A stretch of 64,000 bases of DNA from Callorhinchus milii (lineage: Eukaryota), in NCBI RefSeq assembly GCF_018977255.1, contig NW_024704743.1, forward strand, positions 95,172,001-95,236,000, written 5' to 3'. Position 1 is the stretch's first letter, and every line of letters starts with the position of its first letter. The notes beneath the pieces were generated by a model, which was given only the letters and a program-made list of their open reading frames with translations, did no database searches and was not told where the DNA came from. Positions 39,085-52,899 of this stretch are shown in pieces. Made by a program: the position numbers and the translations under genes.

Positions 39085-39177
39085 CTTTCGATAGCTCAGT
39101 TGATAGAGCGGAGGACTGTAGTGGGAATGCAGAGCTAAGTCATCTTTAGGTAGCTGGTTCAATTCCGGCTCGAAGGA
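39085..39177 (+). pseudogene. tRNA-Tyr(GTA), about 4 substitutions
   Basis: D-loop GG to GA. Confidence 0.65.
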
Positions 39178-39753
39178 ATTTTTGGTGTCAAAATATCAAG
39201 CTAGAGGAGCACATATATGTGTCCTCAGCATTGACAAAATTTGCGGGTGTTTTATTCTGGTGGAGAGCACAGCATGTGAGAAGTAGCAAGGTTGTTGTCT
39301 AGTCAGATTTCTTGTTTGTGTTGTTGGCAGTTACTAAGTTTTTTGTGACGTTACTTGAATACAGTAACCCACTTTTAAATTTTCTGTTGATGGGCTGCAT
39401 AATATCACTGAATTTCCAACACTAAAAACAATGCTACAATATTGGTGGTGTTGATGAAAGATAAATCAAAAACTATCATGAGGTCATGCTCACATGATTT
39501 GAGCAAATGTTACTTAATTAAGTAAGCATTAGCTGATCTGAGGAAGAGGCTGAAGCTAAGTGGGGTGTGGAGGGGTTCATGTAGCATTGATTTCAGGAGA
39601 AATATTTTTGTCTTGCCTTATCAGAGCATCTTAAGATTTGATGAGTCAGCCTGCTGCAGGTCCCTACCCAACTGTCCAGCGCCTTGGGACGTCCTCCCGA
39701 CGTGAAAGGCGCTCTATAAATGCAACCTTGTTGTTGTTGTTGTTGGTGTGAGA

Positions 39754-39826
39754 GGGGAATTAGCTCAAATGGTTGAGCTCTCACTTAGCATGTGAAATGT
39801 AACTGAATTGATGACCCCATTCTCCA
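39754..39826 (+). pseudogene. tRNA-Ala, degenerate (also 47462-47533, 59172-59244)
   Basis: Shared decayed T-arm. Confidence 0.6.
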
Positions 39827-40409
39827 GTGTAGTTTTCCATTTTAAACACCTCAAGTTGAACATCCCTCAAACCTCTTAACTCAAGGTAATACAACCCAGC
39901 TTCATGCAATTTAGCATCTTAATTTAATCCTTTAAGGCCTGATATTTTTCTGGTTAATCTGGGTTGAACACCCTACAGGGCCATCTATCTTTCCTGAGAT
40001 GCGGTACCCAAAACTAAACACAGTTCTCCAGATGGAGTCTGACCAAGGCTCTAAACAACTGAAGCATTAATTCCTCACCTGTGGTTTCCAGACCCTCGAA
40101 ATAAAGGCCAACATTCCATTAGCTTTTTGATAATGTTTTATACCTGTGAACTAGTTTTTAGTGGTTTGTGTATATGGACACCCAAATCCCCTTCCTCCTC
40201 CACAGTTCCTAGTTTCTCAACATGAAGAACATATTCTGATTTACCTTCTTGCATCATAGTGGATGACCTCACACTTTCCCACATTGAACTCCAACTGCCA
40301 CAGTTTTGCCCACTCACTTAATCCGTCTATATCCTTCAGTAACTTCCTGCTCTCATCTACACAATTTACTGTGCCTCCTAACTTTGTTTCAACTGAAAAT
40401 TTTAATACA

Positions 40410-42170
40410 CGAACAACAAAAACTCCCATTTATATAATGTCCCAGAGCACTTGACAGTGGTGGAGCTTGACTACCAGCCGGGGGGATGGGGAGGTGACCG
40501 TAGGCCCAGTCAAATAGGAAGCTTTTGTGACGCAACTTGAAAATGGTGAATGAAGGGGCAAGTAGGAGGGATAGAGGAAGAATGTTTAGTACGGGTGAAT
40601 ATATGGACTTGGAAGTTTTGGATCAGTTGGATCCTGTGCATGGTGGAGCTGGAGAGGTCGACAAAGAGGGCATTTGAGAAGTCCAGTTGGGAGATGATAA
40701 ACGCATGAACAAATGTTTTGGCTGTGTCCGGGGTAAGGTACGGTCGGAGGCGGGCAATGTGACCGAAATGGAAGAATGCGGTCATGGTGAGGGACCGTAT
40801 GTGGGAAAGGAAACAGTTGTGGGTTGAACCTGATGCCTAGGTGGCGCACTGGTTCAGTAAGTCTAATGGATAGGCTGGATAACTTTAGGCGGAGTAGATT
40901 TGTGTGATATTCGCTTACAATTGGAAGTTTACCCCGTGTCTGCGGATCACCTTGGCATGAGGGAGCATATAGATGAGTAAGAGGAGGGGACCAAGGATGG
41001 AGCCCTGGGGTACACCACAGGTGATCGGGTAGGGATGGGAGGAGAAACTGTTCGGGGAAATAAAGTGAGGCACTTTGTTAGGTAAGGAGAGGTGGTGGAT
41101 GAGGATAGCCTTGTCAACTGTGACATATGCGTCGGAGAGGTCCAGCAGGATGAGGAGGCACAGGGAGCCCTGTTCACAGAGAGAGACGATTTTATTTGTG
41201 ACTTTGACAAGCCCGGCCTCTGTGCTATTGGCAGGGCAGAAATCAGACTGGAAGGGCTTGAGCAAGGAGTGGAGGGAGAAGTGAGAGCAAAGTTGCTTAT
41301 CGACAATGAGCTTTGGCAAGGAATGAGTGATTGGAAGTAGGTCAGCAATTTGTGAGTTTGGAGCGGTTAATTGTGAGTTTTTTAAAGAGGGATGTGATGA
41401 CAACGGTTTTAATGAGGAGTGGAGCAGAATTGGAGGATAGACACTGGTTGATGGTGTTGGACAGCAGGGTGGAAGGAGGTGTTGGTGGAGATGGACTGAG
41501 TTGTGCGGGAGAAGATATAGGGGAGGAGGATGCAGTCAAGTGGATATTTTCAATCTTTGACACAAAGAAGTCTAGGACCTCTTGATAATTGTCGTTAGAG
41601 GTGAGAATGGAGGCAATTTAATGGGAACGCGTGGATGAGGTGAAGGATGGTGGAGAAGAGTGCCTTTGCATTGCTTTTCGTCTCTGAAATTGTTTTGGAG
41701 TAAAAGGCAGTTTTGCCTGTGAGAGGGAGAGGCAATAGTTGTGGAGATCCTCGAGAACAGCAAGCGATGAATTGTGATGCTGGATTTGTGCCATCAGCGC
41801 TCGAGCTTCTGGGTTTTAGTTTTGAGGGAGCGGAGGTAAAATTATACAAGTGGGTGCGGGTAGATTCAGAGACAGACCTGGATTTCAGGGGGCAAGCGAG
41901 TTGAGGGTTGCAGAGAAGCGGTCGCTTAGCAGCTGGATGGTTGCATCAGGATCACTGTCAGTGGAAGGCTAGAGAGAGAAGAAATCTGTGGAAGCTAGGT
42001 AATTCATGAGGGAAGTTTTTTTCCTGGTCAAAAATGGATGGTGGAGGGTTTGGAAGAGGGTATGGTGGTGTGGGAGGAGGGAAAATGAGGAAATGGACTG
42101 AGATGGCCTTATCTGCGATGAACAGTTCGGAGATGTCAAAGCCATGGGGTGCCCACAGTTGTGGTTCATG
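40410..42170 (-). mobile_element. Old L2 fragment
   Basis: ORF 40915-41403 FQSDF, LLDLSDAY, GVPQGSILGPLL. Confidence 0.8.
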
Positions 42171-42590
42171 GAGTTTATGTGGAAACGTTCTCTTTATCCC
42201 TGCTCTCTGGCACTTGCTTCCCAAACAATTACCAAGCTATGTCACAAGGTAACCTCCAATTCCATGCTCTTTCATTTTTGCTAATAATCTCTTGTTCATC
42301 AAATGTTCTTCTGAAAGTCCATATAGAAAGCTTCCATAGACGTTCTCTTATCCGCTATGTTGGTGACCTCCTCAAAAAATTCAATTAGATTTGTCAGATA
42401 TGACCTATCATTCACAAATCAAAGCTGATTCACGTTGACCACAAATCCATGCTGACTCCTTGATTCAGCACCTTTGGACATTCTCCTGATGTGAAAGATG
42501 CTATACAAGTGTAATTTTGTATTGCATTTTGTATTATATCATATTTGTCCAAGTGCTCATAGATAGAAAAAATGATGATAGAAAAAATGG

Positions 42591-42663
42591 GATCCTCTCT
42601 AAGGATCAAACTCAGGACCTTCAGATTATGAGACTGACACGCTGCCTACTGTGCTAAGAAGGC
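42591..42663 (-). pseudogene. tRNA-Met(CAT), degenerate
   Basis: 3' end and B-box damaged. Confidence 0.65.
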
Positions 42664-42773
42664 ACTGAGTGCAGCTATTTGCAGCCGTAACTATCACCAT
42701 CATTTTTGACAAGTAGCACGATTGCAAATGAAGAATAAGTTTGTGAAAAAGCTTCGCAGGCCTCATGCTGTGA

Positions 42774-42866
42774 CCTTCGATAGCTCAGCTGGTAGAGCGG
42801 AGGACTGTAGTGGGAATGCACAACTAAGTCATCCTTAGGTCGCTGGTTCAATTCCGGCTCGAAGGA
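42774..42866 (+). tRNA. tRNA-Tyr(GTA), intact, 20-nt intron
   Basis: Canonical exons. Confidence 0.92.
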
Positions 42867-43817
42867 ATTTTTGGTGTCAAAATATTAAGTTAGAGAATCA
42901 CACGCATCCATTTGTCCTCCTCATGGACAACCATTGTGGGTGTTTTATCCTTGTGGGGAGTACAGCATGGAAAAGTAGCACCATTGTTTTCTAGTCACAT
43001 TTATTGTTTATATCGCTGAAAGTTTTTTNACAACGTTACCGAAATATAGAAGTTCACTTCATTTTTCCTGTTGATGATGGCTGGACGATATCATTGTATT
43101 TCCAAGACTGAAAACATTTCTAAAATATTCATGGTTTTGATGAGAAAGAAATTGGAAACTATCTTGATATTATGGTCACATGACATGAGCAAACCTTATT
43201 TACGTGTTGAAACCGATAAAATCAGTACAAAGTAAGCAGCGTTGCCTGTTCTGAGTATCACACTGAGAGTGCCTTGGGGTGGAAATTATCTCAGGTAGTA
43301 TTGATTTGAGGAGAAATTTATTTGTCGTGCCATGGTCACTGCATATTAAGATTTGGTCCTTATGTTGCTGGTTCAATTCTGGCTCGAACGAATATTTATG
43401 ACCATAATATCAAGCTAGAGAATCACACACATAGATTTGTCCTTTTAATGGACAACATTTTATGACATTACTTGGAAACAGTAGTTCACTTTCAGTTTTT
43501 NCTGTTTAATTGCTGGATAATGTCATTGTATTCCAACATTGAAGATGATGCTACAATATTTGTGGTGTTGATGAAAAAGAAACCAGAAACTACCTTGAGA
43601 ACATGGTCACATGGTATAAGAAAATGTTTTTGAGTGTTGAATCATCAAAACCAATATAAATAAGCAACGTTGCCTGTTCTGAGGAAGAGGCTGTTGCTGA
43701 TGCGGGGTGAAGAGGGGCTAAGATAGCATTGATTTCAGGAGAAATATTTTTGCCTTGCCAAGTCGGTGCATTTTAAGATTTGGTGTGTCAGCCTATTGGA
43801 GGCTTATGAGTGTGAGA

Positions 43818-43890
43818 GGGGAATTAGCTCAAATGGTAGAGCGCTCGCTTAGCATGTGAGAGGTAGCGGGATCGATGCCCGCATTCTCCA
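43818..43890 (+). tRNA. tRNA-Ala(AGC), intact
   Basis: Identical to 25360-25432. Confidence 0.92.
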
Positions 43891-44046
43891 GTGTAGTTTT
43901 CCATCTGTTCATTGCTGCACCTCAAGGAATATATTGAACATTGTGTCCTGCAGCCTGAACATGGTGGAACATGGTGGTCAAATGGTTCGGGAGAACATTT
44001 TATTAAATGGGCAGAATTAGAATAACGTTAGCAGTTTGCAAATGTT

Positions 44047-44321
44047 TGCCCTCTTTGAGGATCAAATTTAGGACCTTTATATTATGCAAGTCATGCACTG
44101 TCTACTGCGCTAAGAAGGCACTCAGTGCAATCATTTGAAGCCGTAACTATCACCATCATTTTTCACAAGTGGCATGATCGCTAATGAAGAGCAATTTGTG
44201 AAAAAGCTTTGCAGGCCTGGTGTTGTGACCTTTGATAGCTTAGATTTTAGAGCGGAGGACTGTCGTTGGAATGCACAAGCAAGTCGTCATTAGGTCACTG
44301 GTTCAATTCCTGCTCAAAGGA
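44047..44321. pseudogene. Degenerate tRNA-Met (-, 44047-44119) and tRNA-Tyr (+, 44229-44321, GTC)
   Basis: Module position and partial matches. Confidence 0.6.
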
Positions 44322-44541
44322 ACTTTTAGAGAAGAAAATATCAAGCTAGAGAATCAGACACATTTATTTGCCCTCCTCATGGACAACCATTGGGGTGTTT
44401 TATTCTTGGGGGGAGTACAGCATGTGAGCAGTAGCACAATTGGCATCTGATCACAATCATTGTTTCTATTGCTGGCACTTACAATGGTATTTACAAAGTT
44501 ACTAGAATAGCGTAGTTCACGTTTATCTTAAACTGTACTTA

Positions 44542-46140
44542 CAAGAACAAAAGAACATGAGAATTGATAGAGCAAAAAAAGACCAAGGTCAATCTACCTT
44601 CCACCTTCCCGGCAATTGCATGCACACATGTGCAGAACTATCTATGTAGTATGTACCATAATGTTATTTCCTAAAGAAAACTACCTCATCTGCTTTTGAA
44701 GGAATCAACATTTCCTGCTTGAAATATCTCCCGAGGGAGCCTGTTCCACAGGTTTACTATTCGCTCACTGAATTGGTGTTTCCATAGATTTATTCTGAAT
44801 TTTCCCCCTTCAACCTCAGGCTGTATCGTCTGGTTTTAATCTTCAGACTAGTTAAAACAACCTGTCATGATCCACGTCGTTTAGCCCCTTTAGAATCTTA
44901 AAGGCAGAAATCATATTCCCTCTCAATCTCTTTTCCAGCGTCAACACGCCCAATTTATTTAATAACTCCTCATAGTCCAGTCACTCCATTCCCTCAATTA
45001 TTTCTGGTTACCCTTCTCTGCATCCTCTCGATTTCTCCAATATCCTTTTTGTGCTGCGGTAACCACAACTGTACAAAGTACTCTGAGTACATTCTCACAA
45101 ATGATTTATACAGTGGCATGATTACCCCACAATTTTGGCTTGTTATTGATCTTTTGATACATCCTAACATCCGGTTTGCTTTACTCACTGCCACACAGCA
45201 TTGTTCCAAGAGCTTAAATTTGTTGTCAGTCAGGACCTCCACGTTCTTTTCATTTTTCATGCATATTATTTTCCGTCCGTTCAAATAATAGTCCCTTCCT
45301 AGATTTTCTGTCCACATGTGAAGTATATTACATTTCTCCACATTGAATTTCATCTGCCACCGGTCTGCCCAATCACCAAGATTGATCAAATCCTCCTGTA
45401 ACCTATGTTGTTCCACTTTGTAATCTACCATCTTCATTAGCTTGGGCCATCTGCAAATTTAGCCACTGTGCTTGCGATTTCTACTCCAAATCATTTATAA
45501 AACTATGAAACAGAAGAGGTCCCATAACAGACATTTGTGCCACCATCTTCGGGTCTTCCACCAACCAGTTACGTATCCATTGTAATATACTTACACTTTT
45601 CCCGCTTCTTTATTTTCAGTACCAGCCTCTCAAGAGGAACTGTATCAAAGGCCTTACTGAAATCCAGATATACAACATTCATAGCCTGACCCTTATCAAG
45701 CTCCCTTATCACACCATCAAAGAAAACCAGTAAATTAGATGGGCAAGTTCCCCCCTTCATGAACCCTTATTGGCTATCATTTTTGATTTTATTTCTTTCC
45801 AGGTGCTCCATGATTTTATCCTTAATAAGATTCTCCAGAATTTTATCCACAATGGACATCAAGCTTACCAGTCTGTAGCTTCTGGATCACATTTGTTACC
45901 TTTCTAAAAAAAACTAGGGGTAATATTTACCTTTTTCCAGTCCACTGGCACCTCTACAACTTCCTCCCTTAATTTCTTCAGGATCCTCAGATGCAATATA
46001 TCTGACCTCTGAGTTGTATTTACCTTAAGTTTATACAGCTGTGTGGTAACCATGTGATATGATTATTATCGCAACTATCTCCTGCAAAATTTTTGGGGTT
46101 CTCTTTCCAGATAAAATAATTTATCCGTCTCCTCCTTATT
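44542..46140 (-). mobile_element. Old CR1 fragment
   Basis: ORFs 44994-45437 and 45569-45760 (VVYLDFSKAFDTVP). Confidence 0.8.
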
Positions 46141-46845
46141 TGAAACGGATGCAAAAAAGTGATTTAGCACTTTTACTTCCTATGAAGCATGAGCACAGGA
46201 AGGGACAAGGCTGTCGAGGGCCCTGAAGGTGAGGGCGAGGATTTTGACGCCATCCTCTGAGGGATGGGGGGGCCACTGTAGCCGCGTGAGTGAGGTTGGG
46301 GGTGAAAGGGTCACAGAGTCTGGTGCAGGAGTGGACATGAGCTGCAGTTTTCTGGATGGAAGAGTTGACAGGGCGGTGACTGAAGTAGAAGCTGTTTATA
46401 GAGACAAAGTGGAAACCAGGATCTGAACCCTTCAAGCTTGAGATGAGAGGAGAGGTGGTGGAGGAGAATAGAGTGGTCAACTCTATCAGAGGTAGCAGAG
46501 ACATCAAGAAGGATGGGGAGACAGCCTGGTCACAGAAGGACACAATGTCATTTGTCACTTTGACCAGGGCTGTTTCTAAGTTATGTACAGCATGGAAACC
46601 CGATTGGTTGTTTTCGTATAGGGAGTGGCGGGAGAGGAAGGAGCAAAGCTGGGAAGGAACAACACATTGAAGGACCTTCAACAGGAAAGTGAGGTTGGAG
46701 ATAGGGCAGTAATTTGAGAAAAGGAATGAGTCCGGGGAAGGTTTTTTGAGGATACGCGTGATGATGGCTCTTTTCACGTGGTGCGAAAGGTGCCAATGGA
46801 TTCAGATCAAGTTTGTGAAAAAGCTTTGCACACCTGGTGTTATGA

Positions 46846-46938
46846 CCTTCAATAGCTCAGTTGGTAGAGCGGAGGACTGTAGTGGGAATGCAGAGCAAAG
46901 TCATCCTTAGGTCGCTGGTTCAATTCCGGCTCGAAGGA
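46846..46938 (+). tRNA. tRNA-Tyr(GTA), one acceptor-stem mismatch (G6A)
   Basis: Otherwise canonical. Confidence 0.8.
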
Positions 46939-48214
46939 ATTTTTGGGCACAAAAATATCAAGCTAGAGGAGCACATATACGTGTCCACAGCGTGGACAAC
47001 AATTGCGGGTGTTTTGTTCTGGTTGGGTGCACAGCAGATGAGAAGTAGCAAGGTTGTTGTCTTGTCAGATATCTTGTTTGTGATGTTGGGAGTTACAAAG
47101 TTTTCTGTGACATTACTTGAATACAGTAACCCACTTTTAGGTTTTCTGTTGATGGGCTGCTTTACATCACTGTATTTCCAACACTAAAAACAAGACTAAA
47201 ATATCGGTGGTGTTGATGAAAGATAAATCAGAAACTATCATGATGTCATGCTCACATGATTTGAGCAAATGTTACTTAATTGATGAATCAGAAAAAAACA
47301 ATACAAAGTAAGCATTAGCTGATCTGAGGAAGAGGCTGAGACTAAGTGGGGTGTGGAGGGGCTCATATAGCATTCATTTAGGGAGGAATATTTTTGTCTT
47401 GCCATATCACAGCATCTTAAGATTTGAAGAGTCAGCCTACTGGAGACTGGTGGGTGTGAAATGGGAATTAGCTCAAATGGTTGAGCTCTCACTTGCATGT
47501 GATATGTATCTGAATTGAAGCCTCCATTCTCCAGTGTAGTTTTCCATTTTAAACACCTCAGATTGAACACACCTCAAACCACTTAACTCAAGGTAATACA
47601 ACCCAGCTTCATGCAACCTGGCATCTTAATTCAACCCATGAAGGTCTGGTATTTTTCTGGTGAATCTGGGTTGTACAACCAACAGGGCCAATCTATCTTT
47701 CCTGAGATGCGGTACCCAAAACTAAACACAGTTCTCCAGATGGAGTCTGACCAAGGCTCTAAACAACTGAAGCATTAATTCCTCACCTGTGGTTTCCAGA
47801 CCCTCGAAATAAAGGCCAACATTCCATTAGCTTTTTGATAACGTTTTATACCTGTGAACTAGTTTTTAGTGGTTTGTGTATATGGACACCCAAATCCCTT
47901 TCCTCCTCCACAGTTCCAAATTCTTAACATGAAGAACATATTCTGATTTGCCTTCTTCCGTCATAGTGGATGACCTCACACTTTTCCACATTGAACTCCA
48001 ACAGCCACAGTTTTGCCCACTCACTTAATCTGTCTATATCCTTCAGTAACTTCCTGCTCTCATCTACACAATTTACTATGCCACCTAATTTGAATTTCAA
48101 CTGCAAATTTGAATACACGACTCTGTATTCCCTAACCAAGTGATTTTAATGTTGGGTGAGAAGTTGAGGACTAAAAAAGTGCCTTGGGCACACCTTGTGT
48201 CACATCCCGCCATT

Positions 48215-50190
48215 CAACAACAACAAAAAACTTGCATTTGTATAAACTTCCAGAGAGCTTGACAGTGACGGGGCTTGACTACAAGCCGGGGAGATGGGGA
48301 GGTGACTGTTGGCGCAATCGAATAGGGAGTTCTTGAGGCGCAACTCGAAAATGGGGAATGAAGGGGCAAAATGGAGGGATGGAGCAAATATATTTAGTAC
48401 GGGTGAGTATATGGGCTTCGAAGTTTTGGATCAGTTGGATCCTGTGCATGGTGGAGCTGGGGAGATCGACAAAGAGGGCATTTCAGAAGACCAGTTGGGA
48501 GATGATAAACGCATGGACAAATTTTTCGGCTGCGTCCGAGGTAAGGTACGGTCGGAGGCGGGCAATGTGGCTGAAATGGAGGAATGCGGTCATGGTGAGG
48601 GATCGGATGTGGGAAAGGAAACATTTGCTATTTGAACCTGATGCCTAGGTGGCGCACTGGTTCGATAAGTCTAATGGATAGGCTGTTTAGCTGGAGGCAG
48701 AGTAGATTTGTATGATATCTGCATATATGTGGAAGTTTATCTCATGTCTGCGGATCATATCGCTGTGAGGGAGCACATAGATGAGGAAGTGGAGGGGACC
48801 AAGGATGGAGCCCTGGGGTACACCACAGGTGATCGGGCAGGGATGGGAGGAAAAACTGTTCGAGGAAATAAAGTGAAGGAGGTTTGTTAGTTAGGACTGG
48901 AACGAAGATATTGCAGTCTTACTGAGGTGGATGATGGAGTCGAGGTGGTGGATGAGGATAGCGTTGTCAACTGTGTCATGTGCATCGGAGAGGTTCAGGA
49001 GGATGAGGAGGCAAAAGGAACCCTGGTCACAGAGAGAGACAATTTTGTTTTTGATCTTGACCAGCGCTACCTCTGTGCTATGGGTAGGGCAGAAATCAGA
49101 CTAGAAGGGCTCAAGGAGTGAGTAGAGGGAGAAGTGAGAGCAAACCTGTTTGTTGGCAATGCATTCTAGTGCTTTGTCAAGGAGTGGGTGGTTGGAAATA
49201 GGTCAGTAATTTATGAGTTTGGATGGGTCAAGTGTGAGTTTTTTGAAGAGGGTCGTGATGACAACAGTTTTAAGGAGGAGTGGAGCAGAATCGGAGGACA
49301 GACATTGTCCAGAATCGGAGGACAGACACTGGTTGATCATGTTGGCCAGCAGGGACGAAACAAGGTGAGTTGGGAGACCTGAAGGTGGATGGGGAGGGTT
49401 TTGAGGCAGCACGTGATGGGCTTCTTCTGGGAAATGGTGGTTAAGAGGGATGTGGGAGTAATTGGGGCAAAGGAGTGTAGGGATTGGGGCATTGTCTGGG
49501 CCATGATGGAGATGGTCTGATGTGTGTGGAAGTAAGTATAGGGGAGGAGGATGCAACCAAGCGAATATTTTCAATCTTTGACACAAAGAAATCTAGGACC
49601 TCTTGATACTTGTCGTTAGAGGTGAGGATGGAGACAGTTTGAGGGGAATGTGCGGATGAGGTGAAGGATGGTGCATTGTTTTTTGCCTCCGAAATTGTTT
49701 TGGAGTAAAAGGCAGTGTTCGCCTGCTGGAGGGAGAGGCAATAGTTGCGGAGAATCTCAAGCACAGCAAGCGGTGGATTGTGAAGCTGGATTTGTGCCAT
49801 CTGCACTTGAGCTTCCAGGTTTTAGTTGTAAGGGAGCGTAGGTGACAGTTATACAAGAGGATGTGGGTCGATTCAGAGACAAACCTGGATTTCAGGGGGT
49901 AAGGGAGTTGAAGGTCGCAGAGAGCCGGCTGTTTAGCAACAGGATGGCTGCATTAGGATTACTGTGAATGGAAGGTTGGAGGGAGAAGAAATCCAAGGAA
50001 GCGAGGTAATTCATGATGGAATCAGGTGGAATCTTATTCCCAGGTCAGAAAAAGATGGTGGAAAGTTTGGAAGAGGAAAGGGTGGTGTGGGATGATAGGG
50101 AAATGAGGAAATGGACTAAGATGGCCTTGTCTGTGATGGACAGTTTGAGGATGTCAAGCTGTGGGGTGGCCACAGTTGTGGGTCAGAGAG
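48215..50190 (-). mobile_element. Old L2 fragment (paralog of 40410-42170)
   Basis: Collinear similarity by eye. Confidence 0.75.
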
Positions 50191-50615
50191 TTTATGTGGA
50201 AACATTCCCTTTATCCCTATTCTCTGACACTTGCCTCACAAACAATTACCAAGCCATGTCACAAGGTTACCTCAAATTCCATGCTCTCTCATTTTTGCTA
50301 ATAATCTCTTGTTTGTTGCTTCATAAAATGTTCTTCTGAAAGTCCAATTAGATAACATCCATAGACATTCTCTTATCCACCATGTTGGTGACCTCCTCAA
50401 AAAATTCAACTAGATTTGTCAGATATGACCTAACCTTCACAAATCAAAGCTGACTCACGTTGTCCACAAATCCATGCTGACTCCTTGATCCAGCACCTTT
50501 GGACATTCTCCTGACGTGAAAGGTGCTATACAAGTGTAATTTTGTATTGCATTTTGTAATGTATCATATTTGTCCAAGTGCTCAGGTACACCTTCCCTGG
50601 TGATAGAAAAATGAG

Positions 50616-50688
50616 GATCCTCTCTGAGGATCAAACTCAGGACCTTCAGATTATAAGATTGATGTGCCTCCTACTGCACTAAGAAGGT
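50616..50688 (-). pseudogene. tRNA-Met-derived pseudogene (anticodon TAT); inverted copy at 53201-53258
   Basis: Anticodon loop CTTATAA. Confidence 0.6.
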
Positions 50689-50696
50689 ACTGAGTA

Positions 50697-50752
50697 TCTT
50701 CTTCTTTTTCTTCTTCTTCTTCTTCTTCTTCTTCTTCTTCTTCTTCTTCTTC
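50697..50752 (+). repeat. (TTC)n microsatellite
   Basis: Direct reading; inverted copy (GAA)n at ~53134-53190. Confidence 0.95.
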
Positions 50753-51546
50753 GACATCCTCTTTGACCATGCCATCGGCTAGCCCCACTTCTCTTCCCCG
50801 CTCAGGTCTGAAATGCTGTACACTGTCTAGCAGCTTGGGACGTCCTCCCAACGTGAAAAGCGCGATACAAATATAATGTTGTTACAGCATGGTATTTACG
50901 TGTTGAAACAGATAAAATCAGTACAAAGTAAACAGCGTTGCCTGTTCTGAGTATCACACTGAGGGTGCCTTGGGGTGGAAAGGATCTCAGATAGGATTGA
51001 TTTGAGGAGAAATCCATTTGTCTTGCCATAGTCACTGCATACGAAGATTTGGTCCTAATGTCGCTGGTTCAATTCTGGCTCGAAAGAATTTTTAGGAACA
51101 CAATAGGAAGCTAGAGAATCACACATATAGACTTTTCATGGACAATGTTTTTGTGACATTACTTGAATACAATAGTACACTTTTAGCTTTTTCTGTTTAA
51201 TTCCTGGACAATATCACTGTATTCCAACATTGAAGATGATGCTACAATATTTGTGGTGTTGATGAAAAAGAAATCAGAAACTACCTTGGGAGCATGGTCA
51301 CATGGTATCCGAAAATGTTTTTCAGCGTTGAATAACTAAAATCTGTATAAATAAGAAAAGTTGCCTGTTCTAAGGAAGAGGCTGCTGCTGATGTCGGGTG
51401 AAGAGGGGCTAAGATAGCATTGATTTCAGAAGAAATCAGAAGAAATAAATTTGCCTTGCCAAGTCGGTGCATTTTAAGATTTGGTGTGTCAGCAATTCTA
51501 CCAACAACTAACGATGTCAGCATATTGGAGGCTTATGAGTGTGAGA

Positions 51547-51619
51547 AGGGAATTAGCTCAAATGGTAGAGCACTCGCTTAGCATGTGAGAGGTAGCGGGA
51601 TCGATGCCCGCATTCTCCA
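51547..51619 (+). tRNA. tRNA-Ala(AGC), G1A variant
   Basis: Otherwise intact; A26. Confidence 0.7.
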
Positions 51620-51765
51620 GGATAGTTTTTCATCTCTTCATTGCTGAACTACACGGAAAATATTCAACATTGTGTCCTGCAGCCTGAACATGGTGGTCAA
51701 ATGATGCGGGAGAACATATTATTAAATGGGCAGAATTATAACAACGTTAACAGTTTGCAAAAGTT

Positions 51766-51838
51766 TGCCCTCTCTGAGGATTGAACTCAGGACCTTCAGA
51801 TTATGAGACTGACGCGCTGCCTACTGCGTTAAAAAGGT
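51766..51838 (-). pseudogene. tRNA-Met(CAT), 5' strand substitutions
   Basis: G1A, G10A and others. Confidence 0.65.
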
Positions 51839-52086
51839 ACTGAGTGCAATCATTTGCAACCATAACTATCATCATTATGTTTCACAAGTGGCACGATTGC
51901 TAATGAAGAGCAGTTTTGTGAAAAAGCTTTGCAGGCCTGTTGTTGTGAATTGGATTGTCGTTGAAATGCACAAGCAAGTCGGCATTAGGTTGTTGGTCGA
52001 ATTCCTGCTCGAAGGAATTTTTAGTGATCAAAATAACTAGCTTGAGAATCAGACACATTTACTTGCCCTCCTCATGGACAACCATT

Positions 52087-52147
52087 GCATCGATCCCGCT
52101 ACCTCTCACATGCTAAGCGAGCGCTCTACCATTTGAGCTAATTCCCC
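52087..52147 (-). pseudogene. tRNA-Ala(AGC), 3'-truncated at inversion junction
   Basis: Perfect match lacking last 12 nt. Confidence 0.8.
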
Positions 52148-52806
52148 TCTCACACTCATAAGCCTCCAATTTGCTGACACACCAAATCTTAAAATGCACC
52201 GACTTGGCAAGGCGAAAATATTTCTTCTGAAATCAATGCTATCTTAACCCCTCTTCACCCCACATCAGCAGCAGCCTCTTCCTCAGAACAGGCAACGTTT
52301 CTTATTTGTACTGATTTCTTTTTCATCAACATTACAAATATTGTAGCATCATCTTCAATGTTGGAATACAGTAATCCAGCAGATCCTTTCCACCCCAAGG
52401 CACCCTCAGTGTGATACTCAGAACAAGCAACGCTGTTTACTTTCTACTGATTTTATCTGTTTCAACACGTAAATACCGTTTGCTCATGTCATGTGACCAT
52501 AATTTCAAGATAATTTCCAATTTCTTTCTCAACAAAACCACAAATATTTTAGAATGTTTTCAGTGTTGGAAATACAGTGATATTGTCCAGCCATCATCAA
52601 CAGGAAAAACGAAGTGAACTTCTCTATTTCGGTAACCTTGTAAAAAAAACCTTCCAACGATACAAACAATAAATGTGACTAGAAAACAATGGTGCTACTT
52701 CTCCATGCTGTACTCCGCACAAGGATAAAACACCCACAATGGTTGTCCATGAGGAGGACAAAAGGATGCGCCTGATTCTCTAACTTAATATTTTGTCCCA
52801 AAAAAT

Positions 52807-52899
52807 TCCTTCGAGCCGGAATTGAACCAGCGACCTAAGGATGACTTTGTTGTGCATTCCCACTACAGTCCTCCGCTCTACCAGCTGAGCTATCGAAGG
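52807..52899 (-). tRNA. tRNA-Tyr(GTA), intact, 20-nt intron
   Basis: Canonical exons on minus strand. Confidence 0.92.

Noticed and set aside
43029..43501. Two single N bases
   Set aside because: Assembly ambiguity next to T-runs
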